64,000 bases of DNA, from positions 49,972,001 to 50,036,000 of the forward strand of contig NC_043006.1 of the NCBI RefSeq assembly GCF_006345805.1, written 5' to 3'. Positions 51,215-64,000 of this stretch are shown here, piece after piece. Each line of letters begins with the position of its first letter. Position 1 is the stretch's first letter. The DNA is from Octopus sinensis. Taxonomy: Eukaryota. The notes below the pieces were generated by a model. The model searched no databases. It was given only the letters and a program-made list of their open reading frames with translations, and had not been told where the DNA came from. Made by a program: the position numbers and the translations under genes.

Positions 51215-51945
51215 TCGAAGCAGAAGCAACATGCAGTCATTGAGTTCTTGACGAAGGTGGGTTACAGGGTGTCTGACATTCTCAGAAAACTAAATGTCTA
51301 CGGAAAGTACGCCTCTGACATGAACAATGTGGAGAAAATGAAGGAAGTTTAAAGAAAGGGAAAACAGCATTGAAGACAAACTACGCAGTGGGTGACCATC
51401 AACCGCGACCATTGGCATTATTCGCTCATGAATGGTGGAATCGATTCGCAACGACAGACGAGTCACATCCGATGAGAATGATGCTCAACTTGACAGTTGT
51501 CACAATGCATTACAGAATATGGTACAAGACTTTAGGTATCGAAAAGTGTGTTTTACAGTAGCGGAAACCCGATTTGAAAAAGAGTGTGGTAGACGTCTGC
51601 TCTGATCTGCTAGAAGCGCTTGGAGCTAATGAAAACACGTTTTCTTTTTCTTATATATTTTGACAGGGTATCTAGTGACAGGGTTTAAACGTAGGCTAGT
51701 GACAGGGGATTAAACGTAAGCTTATCTTAGTGATCCGAAAACGAAGGTTCGGTTCATGGAATGTTATCACACCTCTTCTTCAAAGCTTGAGGCGTTCAAG
51801 AGCTAGCGATTAGCAGTTATTGCCATGGTCACTGCTGCGGAAGATAAGGATTTTCTTGATCTTCTGGTGCATGGCTATACTGTGAACTGTGAACGGGGCA
51901 TTGAGACATTGAAAAAGCTTAGAGGTGCCATTCATTCTCCCTTCA
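51215..51945 (+). mobile_element. Highly decayed mariner transposase remnant
   Basis: KQKQHAVIEFL, SIEDKLRSG*PST, DPKTK, DFLDLLVHGYTVNCER..ETLKKLRGAI resemble mariner N-terminal and catalytic-region motifs. Confidence 0.6.
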
Positions 51946-52073
51946 TAAAAGGGGTAAATTTTGTATTTTCGTTTATTATTATTATTATTATTATTGGTAG
52001 TAGTAGTAGTTAGTAGTAGTAGTAGTAGTAGTAGTAGTATCATCATCATCATTACTATTATTATAATTATAAG

Positions 52074-52468
52074 GGCGGCGAGCTGGCAGAAACGTTAGCA
52101 CGCCGGGCGAAATGCGTAGTCGTATTTCGTCTGCCGTTACGTTCTGAGTTCAAATTCCGACGAGGTCGACTTTGCCTTTCATCCTTTCGGGGTCGATTAA
52201 ATAAGTACCAGTTACGCACTGGGGTCGATATAATCGACCTAATCCGCTCGTCTGTCCCTGTTTATCCTCTCTGTGTTTAGCCCCTTGTGGGTAGTAAAGA
52301 AATAGGTATTTCGCCCGTCGCTACATTCTAAGTTCAAATTCTGCCGAGGTTGACTTTGCCTTTCATCCTTTCGGGATCGATAAATTAAGTACCAGTTATG
52401 CACTGGGGTCGATGAAACCGATTATCTCCCTCCCCAAAATTTTAGGTCCTGTGCCTATAGTAGAAAGG

Positions 52469-52470
<2 letters not shown>
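52074..52470 (+). mobile_element. SINE family A, full dimeric form
   Basis: Head, core, Tx1-like segment (52255-52305), second core and (ATT)n tail. Confidence 0.9.
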
Positions 52471-52502
<32 letters not shown>

Positions 52503-52504
<2 letters not shown>

Positions 52505-55500
52505 TAGTTTTATTTTTATAGCGTGCTTTCACTTCACTACCGAGCGCAGCTCTGTGTGCCTTGGGTATGTGCTGTGATTTGTTGTGATGCTCTGATGGTT
52601 ATTGTATGGAAAGTGTTCTGCGTAGGATGTGTGCAGTGCCTAGTAGTGCAATTTTCTGTATGTTATATGTGTTTGTAAGTCCTGGTGTTTTTGTTATGTA
52701 TTTGTCTGAATATTTTTTTATCATGCCTAATGCACCTACTATGATAGGAATTGTTTCTGTTTTCAGGTTCCACATTCTAGTTACCTCTATTTCCAGGTCT
52801 TGTATTTTGAGAGTTTCTCCATTTCTTTTAGAGACACGTTGTCATCTGCCGGTATTGATACATCAATGAGAAAGCATTTTTTTCTTCATGATCTCTGACA
52901 ACTATATCTGGTCTGTTGGCCTTAATTTCTCTATCTGTGTGTATCGGCATATCCCAGAGTATGGTTGCTTTCTCGTTTTCTGTGACCTTTTCTGGTGTGT
53001 GCCTATACCATTTTTTCTGTTGTTATTCCATAATGTTGGCATAGCTTCCAATGTATGTAGGTTCCAACTCTGTCATGTCTGTGAATATATTCCTTCTTAG
53101 CCAGGACTGGGCAGCTAGAGATAATATGATTTATTGTTTCTTGTCCATCTCCACATATTCTGCAGTTACTTGTAATATTCTTTTCATTACATGTTTTTGG
53201 TAATTTCTGGTGGGGAGGCTTTGGTCTTGTGCTGCAATTAAAAATCCCTCTGTTTCTGCTTTAAGTCCTGAGCTTCTCAACCATTGCTGGGATTTTTCTT
53301 TGTCTATTTCTTTTGCGTTTAGTTTAGTGCAGTATTTACCATGAAGCGGTTTTTCTTGCCATCGTTTTATCATGGCTCGTGTGTTCTATTTTTAGTTTGG
53401 ATTTCATTTGTTTTATAGCTTTTGTTGTTTCTTCATCATCTTCTTCTTCTTCTTTGTGTTATTAGGTGGTATGATTTCTTGTTTGTATTTGTCAGCTTCC
53501 TTAAATACTGAGAACAGTTTTTTGTTTTGCTCGTGTTTTGCTGCTATCTGGATCAGTTTTCCTTCCTTCTGAAGTAGATATTTTTGCAGTCCTATGGTGG
53601 TTATTTTATAGTAGTTTTCCAGCTGTATAAGGCCTCTACCACCTTCTATACGTTGTATATATAGTCTTTCTATGTCAGATTTTGGGTGATGCATCCTAGA
53701 TCCTGTCAGTATTTTTCTTGTTTTCCTATCTATTTTGGACAGTTCATTTCGTGTCCAGTTAAGGATATTGTAGCTGTAACTTATAACTGGGACAGCTAAA
53801 GTGTTGATACCTATTATCTTGTTTTAGCATTGAGCTCTGTTTTTAGTATTGATCTAACTCGTCTATAATATTCTTTTTTTATTTTCTCTTTCATTTGTGT
53901 GTGTTGTGTCTTATCTAGTTCATGGATTCCTAAGTATTTGTAAGTTTGGCTTTGGTCTAATTCTTTTATTTCATTGGTTTTATCTAGTGTGATGTTGTTA
54001 CTCTTAACTAGTTTTCCTCTTTTCATGGTTACTTTGGCGCATTTTTCTAATCCAAATTTCATATCTATTTCTTTGGTAAATCCATGAACTGTCTTTAATA
54101 GTGTTTCCAGCTGTTTGTCATTTGCAGCGTATAGTTTTAGGTCATCCATATATAAAAGGTGGCTGATCATTTATATCCGCATCCAGTTCTATTTAGCATA
54201 TCAGATAGAGGTGACAGTGCCAAGCAGAAAAGGAGTGGAGAGAGCGTGTCTCCCTGGAATATTCCTCTTCTAATGGGGATGTTTTTGGTTTTCATGAGTC
54301 CCTCTTTTGTTTGGAGGTGTAGGACTGTTTGCCATTTATTCATAGAGTGCTCTATGAATTTTATGATTGTTGGTGCTACTTTGTTAATGGCTAGTGTTTC
54401 GAGGATCCACGTGTGGGGGATGCTATCAAACGCCTTTTTGTAGTCAATCCAGGCCATACTGAGGCCTTTCTTCCTTCTGTGGCTGTCTTCAGTTACTGCT
54501 TTATTAATTATTAGTTGATCTTTACAGCCATATGAGCCCTTGCGGCATCCTTTCTGCTCTTCTGGGAACAGTTTGTTTTCGTCCAGGTGCTTGTTCAGCC
54601 TTTGCGATATCACTGCAGTAAATGCCTTGAACATAGTAGGGAGGCAGGTTATTGGTCTGTAGTTTTCTGGTTTTGTTGTTTCATTTGATTTGGGAATTAA
54701 GATGGTTTTCCCCTTCGTGAGCCATTCAGGCATTGTCTCTGGCTCTGCTAGTATGCTGTTAAAGTTTTCAGCCAGTTTTGTGCATTCCTGTTAGATATTT
54801 CAACCAGAAGTTGGGGATCTTGTCATGCCCAGGTGCCTTCCAGTTGCTTAGTTTTTGCAGTGCCTGGGTGACCTCTTCAGTTGTTATGGGGGTCCAAAGT
54901 TGTTCAGATGCCGAGTTTGTTATTTTCATACTCCTTTTTTTTGGCTGTTCGTTCGTTCGCCGAATATTTCTTTCCAGAATTCTTCCAATTCTTCTGCCGT
55001 TGGTGCTGCAGTGACTTCTATTTTATTTTTGCCCAGTTCTTGGTAGAACTTTTTGGGGTCGGAGTTGAACTTTTTGTTCTGTTCAAAGAAGCGTTGGCGT
55101 TTCTCGTACCGGCGGATCCTTTGAGCTTTGGCAAGGATATCTTGCTTCAGCTTTTCTTTTATCTCCGGCAAATCTTTTTCTGTGATGTTATATTTGCGGA
55201 GCATTTTTGTTCTCTTTTTGTTGCTCAGTAGCGTTGCTTGTTTGCTGATTTCATTAAGAATCGACAGGTCTTTTCTAATTTTTTTAAATTTTGTTTTGGA
55301 TGTTATTTATCCACAGGGTTTGTTTGGGTGGTGGTACTCCTGTTTGGGCGGGTTTGGGTGAGTATCCAGCTTCTTTTGTGGCTGCTGCGTATATCAAGTC
55401 ATTTAGTTCAGTGATATCACTTTTTTTTTGTTTCAGTGGCTAGTTCAGTGACGGCTAGGTTTATGTTGTTTATAATTGGTGTTGTTATTGCGTTTATTTT

Positions 55501-56680
55501 TATTCTTGGGAGGTATGGTCGGTGGTCCATTTTGAGCTCTGTGGTTTTTAGTTCTTTGATTATTTTATTTTTTATATTATCATAATCATTAGGCTCCCCT
55601 TCGTTGTTTACATCGTGTTTGTTGGGAATGTTGCGTTTGTCTTCGTGTTTTACAGTTTCAGTGTATATATTATTGGGCATTGCTGTGTGGCTTCTATCTA
55701 CATTTTCCTGGTGTATTTTTTCTTTTAAATGTTCTATTTCTATTTCTGATATTTTTTTGGCTTTGAGAATGTATCTTCGTACGTTAGCTAATTTATTAGG
55801 GTTCATTGCTGTATCCAAGTCTATATCTCTATTATTTTCCTTCCATTTTATATGTATGTGTTGTTGTATTTTCATTTTGTGGGTAGAGCATTGCTGTGAA
55901 GTATGCGTGTAAGATAGAAATGTATTCCTCACGTGTCCATTTACGTCTTTTGGGTTTTAATTGCGGGACATGAGGTACAACGTCCGGCCCATTATTTTGA
56001 CGGTCGTCATTTTCGTAGGGTACCGGTCCGTTTATTTCTGTTGTCACATTATTTCGCACGTGTAGTTTTTCGTACATTTTTTGTTGTAGGTTTAATGTAC
56101 GTACCGCTCGATTGTTATTCTTGGGTTGAATAGTATCGGTGGAATTTAATTTCTTCGTAGTTCCTTTGTACATGGTGTTTGAATTCGGGGATGATCGTGT
56201 TGTTCCACGCATGTTTACATGTGTTGTGTTAGAGGTGGAGATAATATCGAGTCAAAATACATCATTTCGTTTCGAAAATAGTAATAAATTTCAATTCGTA
56301 TTACTTACTCGGATATAGTCCAATTCTTTGTTAGTAAATCTTTGGCTCCATAGGGTGTCCTTGTTTTCGATGTTTGTGGATAGATTTCGGAGCTCTGTAT
56401 TTTCCTTCTTACATCTTAAACGTCCCCGGTGTCTTCCTTTTCCTTCTTACATCTTAAACGTCCCCGGTGTCTTCTCTTAAACGTCCCCGGTGTCTTCTCT
56501 TAAACGTCCCCGGTGTCTTCCTCTTAAACGTCCCCGGTGTCTTCTCTTAAACGTCCCCGGTGTCTTCTCTTAAACGTCCCCGGTGTCTTCTCTTAAACGT
56601 CCCCGGTGTCTTCTCTTAAACGTCCCCGGTGTCTTCTCTTAAACATTCCCGGTGTCTTCCTCTTAAACGTCCCCGGTGTC

Positions 56681-56682
<2 letters not shown>
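52503..56682 (-). mobile_element. Near full-length R4/Dong-type non-LTR retrotransposon (RT plus RLE), frameshifted, flanked by (TAA)n on both sides
   Basis: KRRKWTREE N-terminus; ENYRPITCLP, EEQKGCRKG, WIDYKKAFDS, RGIFQGDTLSPLLF, HLLYMDDLKLYA; ETINHIISSCP zinc-finger region; NRPDIVV..IDVSIP..EKLSKYKDL; LGTAHILRRTLSIQ*. Confidence 0.92.
56400..56682. repeat. 23-bp minisatellite (11 copies) at the 5' end of the R4/Dong element
   Basis: Unit TCTTAAACGTCCCCGGTGTCTTC; the first two copies sit in a 38-bp unit; no unique spacers. Confidence 0.95.
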
Positions 56683-56720
<38 letters not shown>

Positions 56721-56760
56721 CATCCTCATCATCATTATTATTATTATTATTATTATTATA

Positions 56761-56794
<34 letters not shown>

Positions 56795-57094
56795 TTATCA
56801 TCCTCATCATCATCATATTTTTGTTTTGTTTGTTTTATGAATTTAGAATTGATTTGATCATGTATCCCAGGTGAAGAATAAATTATACTTAGAATAACAA
56901 ATTTCTATACAACATATTTTGCTTTTTTCTTTTAATATATAAGGTACGGTTTCATTCCCGAGCAACGCCAGGTGCCTCTACTAGTATGTACATATATGCA
57001 TGTCCATACACACACACACACATATATATATATATACATAACTATAGATTTATGTATGTATATATAGACACACACAAACATTTATACATATATA

Positions 57095-57310
57095 CGATGG
57101 GGTGATGTAAAATTCCTGGCTTTAAGGGTGTAACGAAAAACCTGGTTGAAGGATCAACCTTCCAAATTCTTTTACAGAGCTTAGAAAACTGAAAGGCCGC
57201 TGCAATAAGTGTGTGAATCTGAGAGGGAAATATGCTGAATAAAATCATAATTAACTGATCCTCCTGAATTTTCTTTTACCCAAAGCCAAGGACTTTTCAG
57301 CACTCCCTCG
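57095..57310 (+). mobile_element. Mariner-derived MITE (~216 bp)
   Basis: Imperfect TIRs CGATGGGGTGATGTAAAATTCCTGGCTTT / AAAGCCAAGGACTTTTCAGCACTCCCTCG flanked by TA; internal remnant resembling a transposase C-terminus. Confidence 0.7.
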
Positions 57311-57934
57311 TATATATGTCCAAATATAATCATATGTATGCATAAATAATTACATGTATATTTATATATACGTATAGACATGTATAGACATACATATAAA
57401 CGTATATATACATACATATATCCAAATACATGCACACACCTCTATGCATGCACTACCTCCAAATATGTGCATGTGTGTGGGGATGTATAAAGAAAAAATG
57501 GAAATTTGGAAGTTAATAATTGTTTTTTTATGAACAGCAAATTGGTCATCTTCACTTACAGCCGTTTCAATTAATTCTCAAATTCAGTCTGCTAAAAGGA
57601 ATTCATAAGCACTCATATAACATCCAAATGGACATCTTTTTCCCCCTGATGATAGTGTGCTCTTGTCACATTAAGGTAAATTCTATGTTTATTGAGTATT
57701 AATTGAATCGGCTATTAGTGAAGATGACCAATTTGCTGTTAATAATAAACAATTATTAACTTCCTTATCACCATTTTCTTTTCTTCTTTTAAATGAATAT
57801 AAACTGTATGTTTTTACATATACCTATTATTTTTAGGAAATTCATTCTCCCAAAATACTAGGAATTGAACTAGTATTTCCTTGGATGAAATCATCCCTTC
57901 ATGAAATTACATACACTCTAATTAAATTTACATA

Positions 57935-58135
57935 TTTATAATATAAAATCCGTTCTGTCTGTCTATCTGTGTGTCTTCTAGGATCTCGAGCATCCTCCAT
58001 TCGATTGCGCTAAAATTTGATAGGTAGATACAAAAATGTAGATATGTAGATACAAAAATCGATTCCAGGTGAGAATGCGATCGATAAAGCCGTGGGAACG
58101 TGCATTTGTAAAATCCTTTTTCTTGGAATAGAAAA
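57935..58135 (-). mobile_element. Helitron-like element 3' fragment
   Basis: ATAATATAAAATCCGTTCTGTCTGTCTATCTGTGTG is the reverse-strand version of the end seen at 45140-45174. Confidence 0.45.
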
Positions 58136-58185
58136 AAGTCTATCTTTATTTCTTCTTTTGCTGGTGTCTCAAATTTAGGTTAAAT

Positions 58186-58296
58186 CAGTGTTTCTCAAAG
58201 GGGAGGCCTATGGGACGGTAGGACAATTTGTTTTGAGAAAATTTGGTTTAATGTTTGACAACTCAGCACTGTCCATTGGATGGGGGCGTTTTGCTC

Positions 58297-58300
<4 letters not shown>
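58186..58300 (+). mobile_element. Possible hAT/Charlie-like terminus
   Basis: Begins CAGTGTTTCTCAAA, typical of Charlie-group TIRs; no partner TIR found. Confidence 0.35.
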
Positions 58301-58374
<74 letters not shown>

Positions 58375-58396
58375 ATATATATACACACATACACAT

Positions 58397-59933
58397 ACTG
58401 TAGGGTCATTATAAACAAATGTATTGAAATATTTATTATAGAAGATTAACAAAACTTTGAGAGACTAATTTTTTTACACATATTTAGATATATCTAAATA
58501 TATCTTTCGTGAATATTTCAAGGGAATGGAATAAATACTTCGTAAGTTATGAGGAAATAAACAAATAATCTTCAAAACTGCAACGGCCAAACGTTAAGGG
58601 TCACTTAGAAAAACAATGAAAACTGGAACAAGCACAAAAAGGAAACCCTTACTATTAATATTTTGTGAACATCACTTTACTATCAATAACCTCCTGACAT
58701 CTGTTACCACAAGACAGAATTAATTTCTTGTTCCATTCGTTTTTCAATAATTTCCAAAGAGCATCTTAGTTCTTTGGATTTCTTCTTCGAGTCCCGTCTC
58801 CAATAATCTTCCAAATGTTTTCTGTAGGGTTGAGATCGGGACTTCGAGGTGGCCAGTCCATGAGATCAATCAACTCCCTCATCCCTCATGAAAATCTTTG
58901 ACTCTCTTCGCAGTGTGACAGGGATCGTTGTCCTGCTCGGAGATAGGAGGTTGAACTGACGAGGATCGGAGATGTGGAATGGCATGCTGTCTAAGAATCT
59001 GCTTGTGGATTTCAGCATTGACAGTCCCTTGTAGGTGAATAAGTGGACCAGGACCAGCAGCAGAGATCAATCCCCATACCATTACACTGCCTCCTCCATA
59101 TTTCACTGTCCTCTTCACACAAGCACGAAATAATCCGTGCATCCTGCCATCGGAACCAATCACATTAAACTTCGATTCATCGCTAAAATGAACCTGCGAC
59201 CACTGTTCTTCTGTCCAAACGACATGTTCGAGGGCGAAACGAAATCAGGCTCTTTGATTCAAAGGTTTCTTTGCCGGTGCCCGAGCAAGCAACCCAGAAC
59301 ATCGTAACCTCCGAGAAACTGTTTTGCGTGATACGTTAACATCGGAAGTGGAGCTAAACTCGCATGATATCTCAGCAGCACTTTTAAACCTATCTTTCAG
59401 TGACATTATAACCATTAGATCCTGTCTTGGTGATGACTTAAAACGAGCTACAATCCGTTGCACAACACTTCTAGACCTTCCTACAGTAGTTGCTATCAAA
59501 GAATTTGACTTGCCCTCTTGGTGAAGGCACACAATCTTTCGTTTTTCATCACAGGATACCGGTTGTCTCTCACAAACCGCCATGTTTACAATTGAATGTT
59601 CCAATAATGTAAGATCATAAGAAGTAACTGTTAGCCCGTAACTATTAGCCTATAAGTGTTAGCCCATTGCAGTCTTCTAAACAACAAATACCTCGGTTAG
59701 TAGTTCATTTTTCCTAAGTGACCCATAACTTATGGCCGCTGCAATTTGGAAGATTGTTTTATTTCCTCATAACTTACGAAATATTTATTTCATTCGCTTG
59801 AAATTTTCACAAAAGATAGATATTAGATATATCTAAATATGTGTAAAAAAAATCTAGTCTCAATGTGTTGTTAATCTTCTATAATAATTTTCAATATACC
59901 TGTTTTTACTGATCCTTATATTATGGCCGCTAC
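58397..59933 (-). mobile_element. Tc1-family transposon with ~220-bp inverted repeats; transposase decayed
   Basis: 58410-58620 and 59704-59915 are imperfect inverted repeats; motifs ARAPAKKP, VHFSDESKFN, GGGSVMVWG, EQDNDPCH, WPPRSPDLNPTENIW. Confidence 0.88.
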
Positions 59934-60429
59934 TCTGTGTGTGTGTATGAAATTCAAATTACGATATATGTAAACAAAGTTTGCTTTTTTAAAAGCATTG
60001 AGGTGTATTGAAAATAAACAGATATGGAAATAATTTATTCCCAAACGCAGATTAATGCTGAATAGCAGCATAAATAGGATAGAACATTTTTAGAATAGGA
60101 TAGAATATTTTTTAGTGGTTTTCACATTTTTTTTATTTATTATCTATTTATATGTTGTACTTGTATATTATTACTTGGTTAGAGGATATAAAAATTGAAA
60201 AGATTTTGTCTATTTATGTGGATTATTACTTGGTTAGAGAATATAATAAAAGTGAAAGAATTTTGTCTATTTATTTATTTATTTTGACTGTCCACCAGCG
60301 ACAGTGATTAAATTGACACCACGCGACGAATATCCAATACCAAACTATCTCAATCTCCATATTTAAACTGCATTAAACTTTGACAAGCTTACCTTTACCT
60401 ATTCTAGAGTTACTTGAAAGGTGATGTTC

Positions 60430-60650
60430 CCTTCCTTCTCTTCTATTTACTCTTTTACTTGTTTCAGTCATTTGACTGCGGCCATGCTGGAGCACCGCCT
60501 TTAATCGAGCAACTCGACCCCGGGTTGTAAGCCCAGTACTTTTTCTATCGGTCTCTTTTGCCGAACCGCTAAATAACGGGGACATAAACACACCAGCATC
60601 GGTTGTCAAGCAATGCTAGGGGAACAAACACAGACACACAAACACACACA

Positions 60651-60738
<88 letters not shown>

Positions 60739-60904
60739 TACGACGGGCTTCTTTCAGTTTCCATCTACCAAATCCACTCACAAGGCTTTGGTCGGCCCGA
60801 GGCTATAGTAGAAGACACTTGCCCAAGGTGCTACGCAGTGGGACTGAACCTGGAACCATGTGGTTGGTAAACAAGCTACTTACCACACAGCCACTCCTGC
60901 GCCT
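60430..60904 (-). mobile_element. SINE family B, full length with internal (TA)n
   Basis: Both modules present. Confidence 0.9.
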
Positions 60905-62712
60905 ATTTGTTGATACCTTTGTTTACCTACCAATGCGTTGTTTCACTTTAAGGAAGTTTATTTACCCATCCATTATGATATTTCGAACTCGACATCTTTT
61001 GACTGCGAACTGCTAAAGATTCAAAGCAGTATTCGTGAACTGAAGTCAAACTCTTCATGTCTTCATTTTCCGTTACCTGAAGTCAATTTCAGAGTGGCCG
61101 TACACTATAAGCACATAGCAAATACATTCTTTTAACTCTACTTTTTCAACTAGGTATTATATAGCCATTTTTGAACATACCAATCATACTTCTCCCCGAA
61201 AAAATCCTCCCTTCGCTATTGAATAAAATAAACTCGCAGAAAGGAAAGAAACTCTTACCTTTCGATTAGACACAGTGACTTGACAACGAATAATACGATT
61301 TGTTTTTTACAGTAAATGTTTTTATTTTCGCTTTTGTTAAACACAATGTTTTAATCATATAGAAATATTTTAAAGTAAATATGATTTCAAAAATGTAAGC
61401 TGTTTGTACAGTAAGTATTTATATTTTAGCTTTCTTTAAACACAATATTTTAATGGGTTTTTTTTCAAATTAATTTCAAGTGAATAAAATTACAAAAATT
61501 TTATTTGACATATTCAGAAAACATTTTAAAGTGAAAATGACTTTTAAAATACGGTAAATATTTAGTAAAAGACCCGTTCGTAACCTCGGTGTGAAATAAC
61601 TTTTTCTATAGGAGTTTTTTCGAGTGCATTCAATGTACCTCACTTCCAAGTATTTTTCTGCTATTTCTAGCACGCTCTGCAATCACGTAACAGCTATTTG
61701 CGATAAAAGACCTGAAATACCTGCTACATGGAAGCAAGGTGTGCAAAAAATAGCAACCAAATCTTTCCTTTCCTTGAGAAAGGAGCCAATTACGCGTCAT
61801 TTAGATGTCACATGCAGTGAAAGCATGCGAAATAACCTGGAAGAGAAAAAAAAACACGAAGCAAAACTCCGTTGGTGGGAAACTCAAACATGTGTGTGTG
61901 TGTGTGTGTGTGTAATGTAAACAGAGTCAGCGGTTATAGTAACCGACTAAGGGATAGAATATCCGTACATACTATCGGTATCCGTTACCTGTATTATCCC
62001 CGAGCATTGGTATGCAGGCACACTAAGCACGTGGAGTGCAGGTAACAACAGGATAAATAAGGGTTTATCAGGAACCAATGCAAATAATTAAAAAGTGGAG
62101 AAAACCATAGATTAACCAACACATCCACTGGACCACAATTATAGCTTATTTTTTAAATACAAAGCATGACGACAAAATAGGTGACATAACTTAGCTTACG
62201 GCCGTTACTGATCGGATTGCCTATGTGCAGTCTATAAATAAATGCGAGAATAAAGTTCTTCATCTTCATAGAGCATTCGAATTAAGGCAAAGGATCTTCA
62301 TCAGTGACAAACAAGAGCATACAATGTAAACAAAAGGTAGAAGGGAAAGGAAAGAAAATATGACTTAGACAAATAGTCTAGAAGCCCAATATGTTAAGAG
62401 CAAATAATTCACCAACAGGTACTACAGGGTCGGTAGTTAAACGAGTAAGCTAGTAATGGTCTAGGGAATACTACAATTTATTAACAGGTAAGTACAATTA
62501 GGTGGGTGGTTCAGGATGTTTAAAAAAAGTGACCAAGAAACTATATATAAGGAAAATACTTATATATAGTTACTTGGTTCATGTGAATCAATATCGAAGT
62601 TCATCATACCTTAATTTATAATTTGTTACTTCTGGAGTACTTCACTGTTATTACGAATCAGATTATACATCAGGTGTTGAGGATAAAACAATAGTAACGT
62701 CGTCCTTTAAAG

Positions 62713-62760
62713 CAGTGCTACTCGAAGCGGTGGTCCACAGAGCGGCACCGGTCCGCAAGC
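62713..62760 (+). mobile_element. Possible hAT/Charlie-like terminus
   Basis: CAGTGCTACTCGAAGCGGTGGTCCACAGAGCGGCACCGGTCCGC resembles MER5/Charlie-type ends. Confidence 0.4.
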
Positions 62761-62854
62761 CATCAGCTACCAGTACACAGCATGTTTCCAGAAAAGAAGC
62801 ATTATAAAATGCTTGTGTAATATTATATTGCTTGTTTACAAAATAAATATAACT

Positions 62855-63047
62855 CTTTTACCTGTTTCAGTCACTTAACTGCGGTCATGCTGGAGCACCA
62901 CCTTTAGTCGAGCAAATCAACCCTAGGACTTATTCTTTGTAAGCCTAGTACCTATTCTATCAGTTTCTTTTGCCGAACCGCTAAGTTATGGGGACGTAAA
63001 CACACCAGCATCAGTTGTCAAGTGATAGTGGAGGGACAAACACACAC

Positions 63048-63050
<3 letters not shown>
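62855..63050 (-). mobile_element. SINE family B tail module, interrupted by the RTE element
   Basis: TTTCAGTCACTTAACTGCGGTCATGCTGGAGCACC...GGGACAAACACACAC. Confidence 0.82.
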
Positions 63051-63080
<30 letters not shown>

Positions 63081-64000
63081 GCTCAGTCGAAGTCGACTCT
63101 CGGTCACTCGTTGGATCAGTGTCCCCCAGTCAGTTCTATCCTGGGCCGCTTCCTTCAGACTGGCCATGTCCATTCCGGTATCACTCCTGGTGGTGTCAAG
63201 CCAGCGGGTTCTTGGTCGGCCCTTCCTCTCTTGCCACTGACCATTCTGAGCATGATGTCCTTCTCCAAGGATTCTTTCTCTCCGCACAATACGACCGAAA
63301 TATGCCACTCTACGCTTGGTGATCCCAGCTTCTAGCGACATTTTCGGCCTTATCTGCTTAAGAACTTCTCCATTGGTGAGCCTCGCTGTCCATGGAATCC
63401 GCAAAAGTCTTCTCCAACACTAAAGCTCGAATGCATTAATTCTCTTCTGATCAGCTTTCTTAGTGTCCATGTCTCGCATCCATATGTTGCTATTGGGAAG
63501 ACAATTGCATTCACCAATATGCATTTGGTAGCGAGTCTGATGTCTCTACTCTTCCAGACCCTGCTCATGCTGACCATTGCCTCTCTGCCTAGTACTATCC
63601 GCCGTCTTATTTCTGGAGCGCAGTCACCATCTCGATTTATTTTGGAGCCAAGGAAGATGAAATCATCAACCACTTCACTCTCTTCATTATCGATCTTGAT
63701 GCTGATGTTTGTTATGGCTGCTGTTGATATGATCTTCGTTTTCTTAACATTGAGGTACAGCCTAAATTTCTCACTCTCTTTCTTGACCAGCAGGACAAGA
63801 TCCTCCAGATCCTTACCACTCTCCGCCAGCAGGGTTGTATCATCTGCATAGCGAAGGTTATTAATATTTCTTCCTCCAATTCTCACTCCATTGCTGCTAT
63901 CCTCCAGGCCTGCATTGCTCATGACCTTTTCAGCGTACATGTTGAAGGCTGCTGGTGACAGGATGCAACCTTTCCGAGTGCCTTTTCCAATCTCAAACCA
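63051..64000 (-). mobile_element. RTE-clade LINE, RT C-terminal half and 3' end with a (GA)n tail; continues beyond the window
   Basis: RKGCILSP, NINNLRYADDTTLLAES, DFIFLGSKI, EIRRRI, YGCETWTL, LRIPWTAR, YFGRIVRR, RPRTRWLD; one frameshift near 63450. Confidence 0.92.

Noticed and set aside
52503-56300. R4/Dong copy as an intact active element with sequencing-error frameshifts
   Set aside because: Some breaks are in homopolymers, but an apparent multi-base deletion just before the ISHLLYMDD motif (~54165) points to real decay.
56400-56682. 23-bp repeats as a CRISPR array
   Set aside because: The repeats are directly adjacent with no unique spacers, there are no cas genes, and the context is eukaryotic.
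57646-57680. CTGATGA followed by a 7-bp hairpin
   Set aside because: Not followed by GAAA; treated as chance.
62265-62310. Minus-strand CTGATGA...TTCGAATGC as a hammerhead
   Set aside because: No GAAAC, no NUH site and no stem I.

Overview
AT-rich, microsatellite-dense animal DNA. I infer an octopus/coleoid cephalopod from the tRNA-derived SINE families and repeat style; this is recognition from memory, not a database result. I cannot support any host protein-coding exon, and nearly all long ORFs in the track are low-complexity artefacts or transposon remnants. The window is a stack of mobile elements: three recurring tRNA-headed SINE families (called A, B, C here), non-LTR retroelements (CR1, Tx1/L1, R4/Dong, RTE), a Penelope-like element, mariner/Tc1 transposons and MITEs, hAT ends and Helitron-like elements. 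The most notable signals are: (1) several type I hammerhead ribozyme (HHR) motifs of the Penelope kind, including a 587-bp near-perfect palindrome with one on each arm; (2) a possible tRNA-head/(AAT)n/hammerhead-tail SINE split by nested LINE insertions; (3) SINE 3' tails that match LINE 3' ends present in the same window (family A with Tx1, family B with CR1), plus tail swapping in family C; (4) a 403-bp inverted duplication 4.1 kb apart.
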